A stretch of 64,000 nucleotides of DNA, from contig CALHIP010000008.1 of assembly GCA_938030745.1 (NCBI GenBank), forward strand, positions 2,297-66,296. The letters are read 5' to 3'. This DNA comes from an uncultured Patescibacteria group bacterium. GTDB lineage: Bacteria > Patescibacteriota > Patescibacteriia > UBA2591 > CALHIP01. A program made the translations under genes and the position numbers. Position 1 is the first letter of the stretch, and each line of letters opens with the position of its first letter. Below are positions 9,397 through 18,865 of this stretch, piece by piece. Under the pieces are notes generated by a model, which was given only the letters and a program-made list of their open reading frames with translations, searched no databases and was not told where the DNA came from.

Positions 9397-10050
9397 ATGA
9401 AAAAACTTAATTTAAAACAAATTCTCTTTCTGATTATCTTTTTTGCTATTATTTTTATTGCTTCAAGAATTCCTCTTTTTAAAATTGTTGGTTCAAATCA
9501 GACCTTCACGCTTTTTGAGTTTCTTTATCCACTGCCTTCTGCCTTTCTTGGAACTTTTTTAGGTGCTGGAATTGTATTGTTAGTTAAAATTTTAAATTGG
9601 CTTTTTTCTGGTCAATCATTAGATCTTATTACTTTTATCAGATTTTTCCCAGCTGTTTTTGCTGCTATTTATTTTGCTAGTAAATTAAAACTGAATTTAA
9701 TTATTCCAATTATCTGTATGATCTTATTCTGGATTCATCCAGTTGGTCGAGCTAGTTTTCCTTATGGAGTCTTCTGGTTGATTCCAATTTTAGTTTTTCC
9801 TTTTAAGAAAAATCTGGCTTTAAATGCTTTAGGAACAACCTTTATTGCTCATGCTATTGGCTCAACTGCTTTTTTATATTCTGTAGAGATGCCAGCTGAA
9901 GTTTGGCGAAGTTTAATTCCTATTGTTTTTCTTGAAAGATTTATTTTTGCCACTGGCATTTTTATAAGTTATCTTGTTTTCTCAGTTTGTTTGAATTATA
10001 TTCTTAAGAAATTATCTAAAAAGGAAATGGTCTTAGAAATTAACAGATGA
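9397..10050 (+). CDS. polytopic membrane protein, unknown function
   Basis: 217 aa; about 6 hydrophobic helices; immediately follows the CofE-like gene. Confidence 0.4.
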   Translation: MKKLNLKQILFLIIFFAIIFIASRIPLFKIVGSNQTFTLFEFLYPLPSAFLGTFLGAGIVLLVKILNWLFSGQSLDLITFIRFFPAVFAAIYFASKLKLNLIIPIICMILFWIHPVGRASFPYGVFWLIPILVFPFKKNLALNALGTTFIAHAIGSTAFLYSVEMPAEVWRSLIPIVFLERFIFATGIFISYLVFSVCLNYILKKLSKKEMVLEINR

Positions 10051-10063
10051 ATTTTAGGAGGTT

Positions 10064-10780
10064 ATGATATCTATCATTATTCCTACCTATCAACACGGTA
10101 ATACAATTTTGAAAACTTTAAAAAGTATTTTTAATCAGACTGAACAAAATTTTGAGGTTATAATTGTTAACGATGGTTCTACTGATGATACGAAAAAAAA
10201 ATTAGAAATAGCTCAAAAAAAATGGCCTGGAAAAATTAAGGTTATCAATCAGGAAAGAAAAGGTGCTAATTCAGCTCGCAATCGCGGATATCAAGAATCA
10301 AAAGGTGATTTTTTATTTTTTTGTGATGCTGATGTTGAGTTAAGAAAGGATTGTTTAGAAAAAATGATTAAAACTTTAAAAGAGAATCCTTCTGCTAGTT
10401 ATGTTTATTCTTCTTTTAAATTCGGTTGGAAAATTTTCCCAAGTTTTGATTTCGATCCGGAAAGGTTAAAAAAAATGCCTTATATTTCAATGATGTCTTT
10501 AATTCGTCGAGAACATTTTCCTGGTTTTGATGAAAATATAAAAAAATTTCAAGATTGGGATCTTTGGTTGACAATGTTAGAAAAAGGTTATTACGGAGTC
10601 AGAATTCCGGAAATTCTATTTGTTGTTAAACCAAGGAAAATTGGTATTAGTACCTGGCTACCGAGTTTTCTTTACCATCTTCCTTGGCATATTTTTCCAT
10701 TTAAATTTTTTAAACCAAAAACTATTCAAAAATACGAAGAGGCGATGAAAATTATTAAAGAAAAACATAAACTGGAATAA
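10064..10780 (+). CDS. family 2 glycosyltransferase
   Basis: IIIPTYQ....FEVIIVNDGSTDDT N-terminus and DAD-type motif typical of GT2 enzymes; GGAGG Shine-Dalgarno 2 nt before the ATG. Confidence 0.65.
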   Translation: MISIIIPTYQHGNTILKTLKSIFNQTEQNFEVIIVNDGSTDDTKKKLEIAQKKWPGKIKVINQERKGANSARNRGYQESKGDFLFFCDADVELRKDCLEKMIKTLKENPSASYVYSSFKFGWKIFPSFDFDPERLKKMPYISMMSLIRREHFPGFDENIKKFQDWDLWLTMLEKGYYGVRIPEILFVVKPRKIGISTWLPSFLYHLPWHIFPFKFFKPKTIQKYEEAMKIIKEKHKLE

Positions 10781-10872
10781 ATTAATTAAACTTAATTTCC
10801 CTTGATAAATCAAATCATTGGATGAAGAAAAAAGGTAAGATTTCTTCGGATAAAAAATAAGAAAAATAAATT

Positions 10873-12795
10873 TTATCCAATTGCTTCCAAGAAAGAATTT
10901 TGAGGAAGGATTTTTTTAATTTCGTTTGGTAAAGGTGCGAGTGAATAAAGATTTTTTATTTTAATTAAAAAACTGATTTCAAAAATTTTTTTTCGTCTTG
11001 GAGGAAGAGAATAAGGAAAGATTTTAAAATTTTTATTTCGAAGGGATTGAATATTTTTCTCAAAATTTTGTGAAATTTTTTTAAGTTTTTCCCATTTTTT
11101 TTCTTGAATTGTTAACCTAAAAATTCTTGTAAATGGTGGATAAGAAAAATCCCTCCTAATTTCTAATTCTTGTTGATAAAAATTTTTAAAATTAAAAAGA
11201 TACGCATTTTCAATAGCATAATTTTCTTTTGACCAAGTTTGGATTATTAACGGAATATTAAAATGATTTACCCAATTGATTATCGCAACAATTTCTTGAA
11301 ATGTTTTTTCAGTAGAATGAAAATCAGGTTGATTAAGTAAAACATCAGCATTAACAATCCCAATTAGACCAATATCTCTTATCCAATCCTCATTAAAATT
11401 TCGCCAAAAAGGAAGGGTGGTAATAATTATTTCTTTATCAAAAGATTTATCTTTACTTGTTGAATCAATTCTTTCAACATTAGCAAAAGGAGCGAGAATT
11501 TCTTCAATTTTCTGAATAGCTAAACCTTTCATTTTTATCTCTGTCCCTTGACAAAATGGACATTTCAATGGCAGTTCCTCTTCATAGCCACAATGATGAC
11601 AAATAAGATAATAGATTTTATTTTTTTTATGAGCAATCAAGGGTAAATCACAGCGTGGGCAAGAAAAAAGATAACCACAATCCTGGCAAAAATTAAAAGT
11701 AGTGTATCCTTTTCTTTTTAAATAAAGAATAACCTTTTTTTTCTTTTTAATCGTATTAAAAATTGTTTCTTTTAAATCATCACTTAAGGGTGAGAAATTG
11801 CCTTTCCTCATTTCTTCTTTCATATCAATTAGTTTGACAATTTTCATCTTTTTCTCTTTTTTCAAATCAAAAGGTAAAAATTTTTTCTGACTAAAAGTAT
11901 ACCAGTAAGTTTCGACTCTCGGTGCTTGAGAGGAGAAAATTAATTTCGTCTTACTAAGTTTTGTTAATTTCCAAGCAATTGTTCTTGCATCATAATAAGG
12001 AAATTGTTCTGACCGATATAAATCATTTTCTTCGTCTTCTAAAATAATAAGACCCAGATTTTCAATTGGTGCAAAAATAGCCATTCTTGTACCAATAATT
12101 AATTCTGCCTTTCCATTTAAAATTTTTTGCCAGTTTGTCCAAATTTCTGATTTTTTTAAATTGGAATGTAAAATAGAAATTTCATCTGTTAAATTTTTAA
12201 AATATTTTAAAAATAATTCGATTTGATCAATCTCTGGTAGTAAGATTAAAACTTTTTGTTTTTTTTCTAGAGTTTTTTTAATTAAAAAATAATAAAGAGC
12301 AAATTTTTCAAAATAATTTTGCCAGATGAGCAAGAATTTTTTTCTTTTTGAATAGTTAAAAATATTAATCATTTTTTTGAGTTGGGGAAGAAAATTTTTT
12401 GAAATTTTCAATTCTTGAGTACTTAGTTCAACATTTACAACAGCTGATTTTTTTGTAACTTCTGGCAGGGAAGTTTTTAAAATGGTTGAAGGGGAAGCGA
12501 AATAAAAAGAAGAAAGCCATTTGATCATTTTTAAATAATTTTTAAAAATGATTGGCTGATCGAAAATTATTTTTTCTATTGACTTTAATTTTCTTTCTTT
12601 TGAAGTTTTTTTTAAGCCAACAACCAGGCCACTAATTTTTTTATTTCGAAAATATATTTTTACTAATTGTCCAAAATTAATTTTTTTCTCCAATTCTTTA
12701 GGCACTTTATAATCAAAAAAAGAAATCTCTCTTTTTATACCACGAGAGATAACAAAATAGGGAAGGCGAGTCAAAGGTATTACTTTAGCAATCAT
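10873..12795 (-). CDS. priA: primosomal protein N' homologue (PriA-like, helicase motifs degenerate)
   Basis: N-terminal 3' DNA-binding region; four CxxC pairs of the PriA zinc-binding domain (CQDCGYLFSCPRCD...CHHCGY...CPFCQG); collinear with E. coli PriA. The Walker A position reads QNYFEKFALYY and the DExH box reads DEEN. Confidence 0.7.
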   Translation of the reverse strand: MIAKVIPLTRLPYFVISRGIKREISFFDYKVPKELEKKINFGQLVKIYFRNKKISGLVVGLKKTSKERKLKSIEKIIFDQPIIFKNYLKMIKWLSSFYFASPSTILKTSLPEVTKKSAVVNVELSTQELKISKNFLPQLKKMINIFNYSKRKKFLLIWQNYFEKFALYYFLIKKTLEKKQKVLILLPEIDQIELFLKYFKNLTDEISILHSNLKKSEIWTNWQKILNGKAELIIGTRMAIFAPIENLGLIILEDEENDLYRSEQFPYYDARTIAWKLTKLSKTKLIFSSQAPRVETYWYTFSQKKFLPFDLKKEKKMKIVKLIDMKEEMRKGNFSPLSDDLKETIFNTIKKKKKVILYLKRKGYTTFNFCQDCGYLFSCPRCDLPLIAHKKNKIYYLICHHCGYEEELPLKCPFCQGTEIKMKGLAIQKIEEILAPFANVERIDSTSKDKSFDKEIIITTLPFWRNFNEDWIRDIGLIGIVNADVLLNQPDFHSTEKTFQEIVAIINWVNHFNIPLIIQTWSKENYAIENAYLFNFKNFYQQELEIRRDFSYPPFTRIFRLTIQEKKWEKLKKISQNFEKNIQSLRNKNFKIFPYSLPPRRKKIFEISFLIKIKNLYSLAPLPNEIKKILPQNSFLEAIG

Positions 12796-12800
12796 AAAAA

Positions 12801-13586
12801 TTAGAATTTAAAATTCATAACTAAATAGCCAACACCGAATGGTGCTTCATAAGAATAAAGTTCTGGTTTAACCTTTATTTTTTCTAAGATTCCTAAAAGA
12901 ATTAAAAATGAGCGGAGACCGCACTCGCCAGCTTCTTCAATCAATGTTTGATCCATTTCTAAAATTCCTTTTATATTTTTGTCTTTCAAAAAGGTAATTA
13001 ATTTTTTATCAAAAATTCCTGCTCGAGGCGAATAACCACCAGGTGCATCAGGGGTAAGACAATGTGAAAGATCACCTGAGGCAACAACAGCAATTTTCTT
13101 TTTTGAAAGATAAATCTCTTCTTTTAGGACTCGACCAAATTCAAGATGGGCCTGATAATCCAAGAATGAGTAGCCAATTGGAACAATTTTTGGTTGAATA
13201 TTTTTTGTTAGATAATATAAAGGAACAAGTGAACCATGATCAAGATTTTCTTCTTTAATTAAAACAATTGGTAATTTGCCTTCTAATTTTTCTTTGAAGT
13301 GATGGATAAATTCTAAATCAGGACTAAATTTTAAATCAGTCTTAAAATCACCAAATTGATGAAAGTTTCCAAAATATATTTCAGAAAAATTTATTGAAAA
13401 AGCATCGGTATAAATTACACCGTGAGGTGAAATGACAATTACTGTTTCAGGGTTTGCCTTCCTAAATTCTTCTTCCAATTTTTCCATAGCATCTATTGTT
13501 TTTTTAACCAATATTAAATTTTCCTGACCGATAGTCGGGATAATAATTGGTGGATGAGGAGAAATACCAGCAAAGACTAATGACAT
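12801..13586 (-). CDS. LigB/Memo-like class III extradiol dioxygenase-fold protein
   Basis: GISPHPPIIIP N-terminus, ISPHGV, LDHGSLVPL, ASGDLSHCL: motif set shared by LigB-type dioxygenases and the Memo/AmmeMemoRadiSam protein B family. Confidence 0.5.
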   Translation of the reverse strand: MSLVFAGISPHPPIIIPTIGQENLILVKKTIDAMEKLEEEFRKANPETVIVISPHGVIYTDAFSINFSEIYFGNFHQFGDFKTDLKFSPDLEFIHHFKEKLEGKLPIVLIKEENLDHGSLVPLYYLTKNIQPKIVPIGYSFLDYQAHLEFGRVLKEEIYLSKKKIAVVASGDLSHCLTPDAPGGYSPRAGIFDKKLITFLKDKNIKGILEMDQTLIEEAGECGLRSFLILLGILEKIKVKPELYSYEAPFGVGYLVMNFKF

Positions 13587-13603
13587 AAAATTAAATTAAT
13601 TTA

Positions 13604-14950
13604 TTATTTAATAATTTCAATAGGTTCACCTAAAGGATGTAAATTTAAAATATCTTCAGAGACAGTAATAATTCTATCCCATTGATAGCCAAGTTCAATA
13701 AAAACATCAGCTGAGACAATTGGTCTTCTTTTACCTAAAGAGATTAAATAAACTGTATCTTTTTCTTTAGATTTTAATAATGTGCCATCTCTAAATTTTA
13801 TTGGTTCAGCCAAAATAAACTCATCTAATTTTTCCTTTTTTACTTTAATAATTTTATCATAAGGAAAATTATTTAAAAGTATCTCTTTAGTATAGATCGG
13901 ATATTTAAATTCATCTTTGACATAATAGATCGCGCCACTTTCTTCATCCTGTAAAAGAGAGCCAACTGGATAGGGTGATAAAATTGGTTTACCTAAAGGA
14001 TAATTTTTTAAATCTTGATCAGAAACTTTAATAATTTCTTCAGGATTAAAACCAATCTCTTTAAAAATTTTTTCTGGAATTGGTCTTAGAGTTTTATTAA
14101 CTAAAAGATATCTTTGATTTTTCTCATCTTCCAATAATGAGTAATTTGGAAAATCCATTGGTTCACCAATTTCATATTTTAAAAGATCTTCTTTTGAGAT
14201 AGTTCTGACATTTTTAAATGAATAAGAAGCTAAAAAAACATTTTTTGAGAAAAAGGGCCGACGTTTACCATTCTGAATTAACCAAATACCAGGCTCATTC
14301 TTTAATTTCACTAAAGTATTATTTTCTATCGGTTCATTTTTTTTACCAAACCATTTTTGCCAGATCTGCCAAAAAAGATAATTGCTTTTAATATAAGGGG
14401 AATAATTATATAAAGCAGCTGTAGCTAAGTTTTGTGGCAAAACGAAAATGCCAGAAATTTTATAAACCTGACCAGGCTGAAAAATAAATTGTTCAGGATG
14501 ATCTAAAAAATAACGTAATCGCCAAGCTGCTCGATCAATTTGTTTAGCAAAACCACGAAATTTTTCAAGACAAGGTCGATTTTCATAACAAGCAAAACTA
14601 GTTGCCCAATCATATTGATTTGTTTTTGGTTTTTTTTGAGTAATTAGTGACTGTTCTTTTTGTAATAAAGTAATTAGAATTTGAGGGTTAATTCGATAAT
14701 TTTGCGAAGCTTTAAAAATAATTTGACTAGCTGATCTTATCTGACCGTCAAGATCATGAGTTTGATAATTAGCTAAACTTCCGCCTTGTTTTTTCAAAAA
14801 ATCTTCGATTTCTTGAAGATTCATTGCCTGATAATTATTTATTTCTTTATCAGAAATCAAATAGTCCGGATTAAATCCGGCTAAAACAGGGTTAATAAAA
14901 ACACATAAACTATAAATAATAAATAGTAGAGTAATAATAAAACGTTGCAT
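13604..14950 (-). CDS. secreted hypothetical protein with two internal repeats
   Basis: Signal peptide ([24 protein letters not shown]); two about 40-aa repeats (GKRRPFFSKNVF... and GKRRPIVSADVF...); no family recognised. Confidence 0.4.
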   Translation of the reverse strand: MQRFIITLLFIIYSLCVFINPVLAGFNPDYLISDKEINNYQAMNLQEIEDFLKKQGGSLANYQTHDLDGQIRSASQIIFKASQNYRINPQILITLLQKEQSLITQKKPKTNQYDWATSFACYENRPCLEKFRGFAKQIDRAAWRLRYFLDHPEQFIFQPGQVYKISGIFVLPQNLATAALYNYSPYIKSNYLFWQIWQKWFGKKNEPIENNTLVKLKNEPGIWLIQNGKRRPFFSKNVFLASYSFKNVRTISKEDLLKYEIGEPMDFPNYSLLEDEKNQRYLLVNKTLRPIPEKIFKEIGFNPEEIIKVSDQDLKNYPLGKPILSPYPVGSLLQDEESGAIYYVKDEFKYPIYTKEILLNNFPYDKIIKVKKEKLDEFILAEPIKFRDGTLLKSKEKDTVYLISLGKRRPIVSADVFIELGYQWDRIITVSEDILNLHPLGEPIEIIK

Positions 14951-17556
14951 TATTTTATAACTATTTTATCTTTTTCTACCTCTACTTTTACTTTTTGACC
15001 TTCTTTTATTTTTCCTTTAACAATTTCTAAAGCTAATTTATCTAAAATTTCTTTTTGAATAACTCGTTTTAATGGACGAGCGCCAAAAACTGGATCAAAA
15101 CCACGTTCAGCAATTAATTTTTTTGCCTCATCAGAAACTTCAATTTTGATATTTTTTTCTTCTAATCTTTTTTTGACTAAATTCAATTGTAACTCAACAA
15201 TTTTTTCAATATGTTGTTTTGTTAAAGCATGGAAAATTATTATCTCGTCTAAACGATTTAAAAACTCTGGTCTAAATCTTTCCTTTAAGGCTTCATAAAT
15301 TTTTTCTTTAACTTTTTCTTCAGTATCCATTTTTTCCCGATCTGAAATAAATCCTAAAGATGCTTTTTGGGCAAAATCCCTAATTATTTCAGAGCCTAAG
15401 TTTGAAGTCATAATAATAATCGTATTTTTGAAATTAACAGTTCTTCCTTTAGCATCAGTTAATCTTCCTTCGTCTAAAATCTGAAGTAAGAGGTTAAAAA
15501 CATCTGGATGAGCTTTTTCAATTTCATCAAAAAGTAGAACTGAATATGGGCGATGTCGAATTTTTTCTGTTAGTTGTCCACCTTCTTCATAGCCAACATA
15601 ACCTGGTGGTGAACCTATAATTTTTGCTACTTCGTGTTTTTCCATATATTCACTCATATCAAGACGGATTAAGGCTCTTTCATCGTCAAACAAAAATTCA
15701 GCTAAAGCTCGTGCCAGTTCTGTTTTGCCAACACCTGATGGTCCTAAAAACATAAAGGAACCTATTGGTCGATTTTCTTCAGCTACTCCAGCCCTTGAGC
15801 GACGAATAGCATTAGCTACTGCTTTAACTGCCTCTTCTTGATTAATTAAGCGTTGATGGATTCTTTCCTCCATTTTTGCTAATTTTTCTGTTTCTTCCTC
15901 TAACATTTTTTCAACTGGAATACCAGTCCACTGAGCAACAATTTTTGCAACATCTTCTTCAGAAACTTCTTCTTTAATAAATCTCTGTTCTTTTTGAATT
16001 TTAGCTAAACTTTTTTCTCGAGTTTTAATTTCTTTTTCTAATTCTGGAATTTTTCCATATTTTATCTCAGCAACTCTTTCTAAATTTGCTTCTCTTTCAG
16101 CAATTTCTAATTCTTGTTTTAGATTATCAATTTCTCTTTTTGCTTTTTTAATAGCTGTAACGATTTCTTTTTCTTTTAACCATCGCAACTCTAAAACTTT
16201 ACCTTTCTCTTTCAATTGTGCCAATTCTTTTTTTATTTTTTTAATTTTTTCTTGACTCTTTTTTTCTTTTTCTAAAGCCAATATTTCAACTTCTAATGTT
16301 TTTATTTTTCTTTTCAGTTTATCTAGTTCTTCTGGTTCTGATTCAATTTCTAATCTTAAAAAAGAACAAGCTTCATCTATTAAATCAACTGCTTTATCAG
16401 GTAAAAATCTATCAGTAATATAACGAGCTGAAAGCTTAGCAGCAGCAATAATTGCTTCATCAGAAATTCTTACGCCATGGTGAATTTCGTATTTTTCTTT
16501 GATTCCACGTAAAATAGCAATTGTCTCCTCAATTGTTGGTTCTGCAACATAAACTGGTTGAAATCTTCTTTCCAAAGCTGGATCTCTTTCAATATATTTT
16601 TGATATTCTTTTAGAGTTGTTGCGCCAATACAACGCAATTCTCCTTTAGCTAAAGCTGGTTTTAACATATTTGAAGCATCAATTGCTCCTTCAGCTGCTC
16701 CAGCACCAACTAAAGTATGTAATTCATCAATAAATAAAATATAATTGCCAGATCTTTTTATTTCTCTTAAAACTGCTTTCAGACGATTTTCAAACTCGCC
16801 TCGATATTTTGTTCCAGCAACTAAACCACCTAAATCTAAACTAATAATCTCTTTGTTTTTTATTGATTCAGGGACATCACCAGAAACAATTCTTTGAGCT
16901 AATCCTTCAACTATTGCTGTTTTACCAACACCAGCTTCACCAATTAAAACTGGATTATTTTTTGTCCTTCTTGATAGAACTTGCATTAATCTTCTAATTT
17001 CATCATCTCGACCAATAATTGGATCAAGTTTTTTCTCCCTAGCCATTTGGGTTAGATTTGTTGTATATTTTTCTAAAGCTTGATATTTTGATTCGGGTTC
17101 TGGTTCAGTTACTCTTTCTGTGCCTCTGACATCAGCTAAAGTTTTTAAAATTGAATCATAATTAGCTCCAAATTCAGCTAATAAATCTTTAATAATAGAA
17201 GGAACAGAGGCGAGGGCCAAAAGTAAGTGTTCAGTAGAAACATATTCATCTTTTAATCGATTTGCTTCTTTAGTTGCTTGAAAAAGTACCTTTTTTAGAA
17301 CTGGCGAGATATAAATTTCAGCTAGACCACCAAGACCAATTACTCGTGGCAAAAGAGCAATTGCACTTTCTGTTCTGGCTCTTAATTTCTCAATTGGTAG
17401 ACCCATTTTTTTTAAAACAGCAACTACTACTCCTTCTTCTTGAGAAAGTAAAGCTAAAAAAAGATGAGGAGTATCAACTTGTTGTTGTTCGTGTTCCATT
17501 GCCAGCGTATGGGCTAGCTGAATCGCTTCTTGGGCTTTAAGAGTAAAATTATCCAT
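14950..17556 (-). CDS. clpB: ATP-dependent chaperone ClpB
   Basis: Two AAA+ modules ([30 protein letters not shown]), long coiled-coil middle domain and a Clp N-domain. The ORF extends to 17607, but that start lies in the promoter; the start is placed at [11 protein letters not shown] (ATG 17556). Confidence 0.9.
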   Translation of the reverse strand: MDNFTLKAQEAIQLAHTLAMEHEQQQVDTPHLFLALLSQEEGVVVAVLKKMGLPIEKLRARTESAIALLPRVIGLGGLAEIYISPVLKKVLFQATKEANRLKDEYVSTEHLLLALASVPSIIKDLLAEFGANYDSILKTLADVRGTERVTEPEPESKYQALEKYTTNLTQMAREKKLDPIIGRDDEIRRLMQVLSRRTKNNPVLIGEAGVGKTAIVEGLAQRIVSGDVPESIKNKEIISLDLGGLVAGTKYRGEFENRLKAVLREIKRSGNYILFIDELHTLVGAGAAEGAIDASNMLKPALAKGELRCIGATTLKEYQKYIERDPALERRFQPVYVAEPTIEETIAILRGIKEKYEIHHGVRISDEAIIAAAKLSARYITDRFLPDKAVDLIDEACSFLRLEIESEPEELDKLKRKIKTLEVEILALEKEKKSQEKIKKIKKELAQLKEKGKVLELRWLKEKEIVTAIKKAKREIDNLKQELEIAEREANLERVAEIKYGKIPELEKEIKTREKSLAKIQKEQRFIKEEVSEEDVAKIVAQWTGIPVEKMLEEETEKLAKMEERIHQRLINQEEAVKAVANAIRRSRAGVAEENRPIGSFMFLGPSGVGKTELARALAEFLFDDERALIRLDMSEYMEKHEVAKIIGSPPGYVGYEEGGQLTEKIRHRPYSVLLFDEIEKAHPDVFNLLLQILDEGRLTDAKGRTVNFKNTIIIMTSNLGSEIIRDFAQKASLGFISDREKMDTEEKVKEKIYEALKERFRPEFLNRLDEIIIFHALTKQHIEKIVELQLNLVKKRLEEKNIKIEVSDEAKKLIAERGFDPVFGARPLKRVIQKEILDKLALEIVKGKIKEGQKVKVEVEKDKIVIK

Positions 17557-17565
17557 ATATTTTAT

Positions 17566-17594
17566 ATTATAGATGATTAGCACTTTCCTGTCAA
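17566..17594 (-). promoter_or_regulatory. sigma70-type promoter of clpB (TTGACA-17 nt-TATAAT), 9 nt upstream of the ATG
   Basis: Minus-strand read: TTGACAggaaagtgctaatcatcTATAATataaaatatATG; both hexamers perfect consensus with a 17-nt spacer. Confidence 0.6.
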
Positions 17595-17603
17595 GATTGC
17601 TAA
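17577..17603 (-). promoter_or_regulatory. CIRCE (HrcA operator) inverted repeat overlapping the clpB -35
   Basis: TTAGCACTT-N9-GATTGCTAA versus the consensus TTAGCACTC-N9-GAGTGCTAA (8/9 matches in each arm); the minus-strand read overlaps the -35 hexamer. Confidence 0.65.
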
Positions 17604-17813
17604 TCAAAGTTATCCACAGATCGAAAATGTTAAATGACTAAAAAGAAATTCATCTCTTATTAAAATTGACAAAATTTGAAAATATACTTGAATAAAAAAT
17701 AGAAAAAGAATTTTTTTCTCACCGATTACGAAAGTTTGTCTCTACTTATTCAGAATTGAATCTGAAGAAAGTTTTCTTAAAAAGGAAAGGAGGGTTTAAT
17801 AAGCTCCCTTTAT

Positions 17814-18827
17814 TTATTTCAAAATCAAATCCAGATTTTCTTTACATTTTCGACATTTTCCATCTTTATCAAACCGCTGGATTTCATAACCAATTCTTTT
17901 GATGTTTAATTCACCACATTTTGGGCAATAAGTATTTTCTCTTTGATCACCTGGCAAATTACCAGCATAAACATATTTTAAACCAACTTTTTTGCCAATC
18001 TCATAAGCTTGATAAATTATTTCTGGCGGAGTAGGTGAGACATTTATCATTTTGTAAGCTGGATAAAAGCGGGAAATATGCCAAGGAGTTTCTTTACCCA
18101 ATTCATTTTTGATAAATTTAGCGATATCTTCAAATTGATTACCTAAATCAGTATAACCAGGAATAACTAAGGTTGTGACTTCAATCCAAATTTTATTTTT
18201 TTTCATCCATTTTAGTGAATCTAAAACTGGCTGAAGTTTTCCACCACAAATTTTTTGATATAAATCGTCGCGGAAAAATTTTAAATCAACATTGGCTGCA
18301 TCTAAATAAGGACCAACCAATTCTAATGTCTTGTTACTCATATAGCCATTGGTTACCCAATTATTTTTCAATCCTTGTTTTTTTGCCAATTTCATTGTTT
18401 CAAAGGCAAACTCTAAAAAAATTGTTGGTTCAGTATAAGTATAAGAAATACTAAACAGATTATTTTTCTTTGCTATTTCAACAATTTCTTCTGGCGACAT
18501 TTCTTCACCTAAAATTTGACCATTGTAATCTCTTGGCATTTGAGAAATTTCATAATTTTGACAATGAAGACATCTAAAATTACAACCAACTGTAGCTATT
18601 GATAAAGAATAACTTCCTGGTAGCCAGTGGAAAAATGGTTTTTTCTCAATTGGATCAATATGAGAGGCCACTACCTTGCCATAAACTAAAGAATAAAGTT
18701 TACCATTTTGATTTTCTCTTACTCCACAAAAACCACGTTTGCCATCAGCAATAAGACAATGATGAGAACAAGCATTACATTTTACAACTTTATTTTTTAA
18801 TTTCTCATATAAAAGTGCCTCTTTCAT
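17814..18827 (-). CDS. AmmeMemoRadiSam system radical SAM enzyme
   Basis: N-terminal CNACSHHCLIADGKRGFCGVRE cysteine motif plus radical SAM GCNFRCLHCQN, and overall length typical of this family (recalled from memory). Confidence 0.65.
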   Translation of the reverse strand: MKEALLYEKLKNKVVKCNACSHHCLIADGKRGFCGVRENQNGKLYSLVYGKVVASHIDPIEKKPFFHWLPGSYSLSIATVGCNFRCLHCQNYEISQMPRDYNGQILGEEMSPEEIVEIAKKNNLFSISYTYTEPTIFLEFAFETMKLAKKQGLKNNWVTNGYMSNKTLELVGPYLDAANVDLKFFRDDLYQKICGGKLQPVLDSLKWMKKNKIWIEVTTLVIPGYTDLGNQFEDIAKFIKNELGKETPWHISRFYPAYKMINVSPTPPEIIYQAYEIGKKVGLKYVYAGNLPGDQRENTYCPKCGELNIKRIGYEIQRFDKDGKCRKCKENLDLILK

Positions 18828-18865
18828 ATCTTTTAATTATATTAAATTTTAGATATAATGTAAAT

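Noticed and set aside
10840-10880. GGATAAAA...TTTTATCC inverted repeat at the priA 3' end as a terminator
   Set aside because: 8-bp AT-rich stem with a 15-nt loop, overlapping the stop codon. Too weak to call a terminator with confidence.
17274-17540. 88-aa forward ORF inside clpB (and similar internal or antisense ORFs at 7437, 13064, 18215, 21829, 22742, 26984, 27262, 27761, 36374, 40439, 45754, 50192, 54100, 57544, 58124, 58318, 59803, 60214, 61019, 61939, 62598, 63195, 63477)
   Set aside because: All lie antisense to or inside well-supported genes. They have low-complexity composition typical of AT-rich antisense frames. None has a promoter, an RBS or a recognisable motif.
17557-17607. 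Upstream extension of clpB to the ORF start at 17607 ([17 protein letters not shown]...)
   Set aside because: The extension would run through the clpB -10 and -35 hexamers and the CIRCE element. The conserved ClpB N-terminus starts at MDNFTLKAQ (17556).
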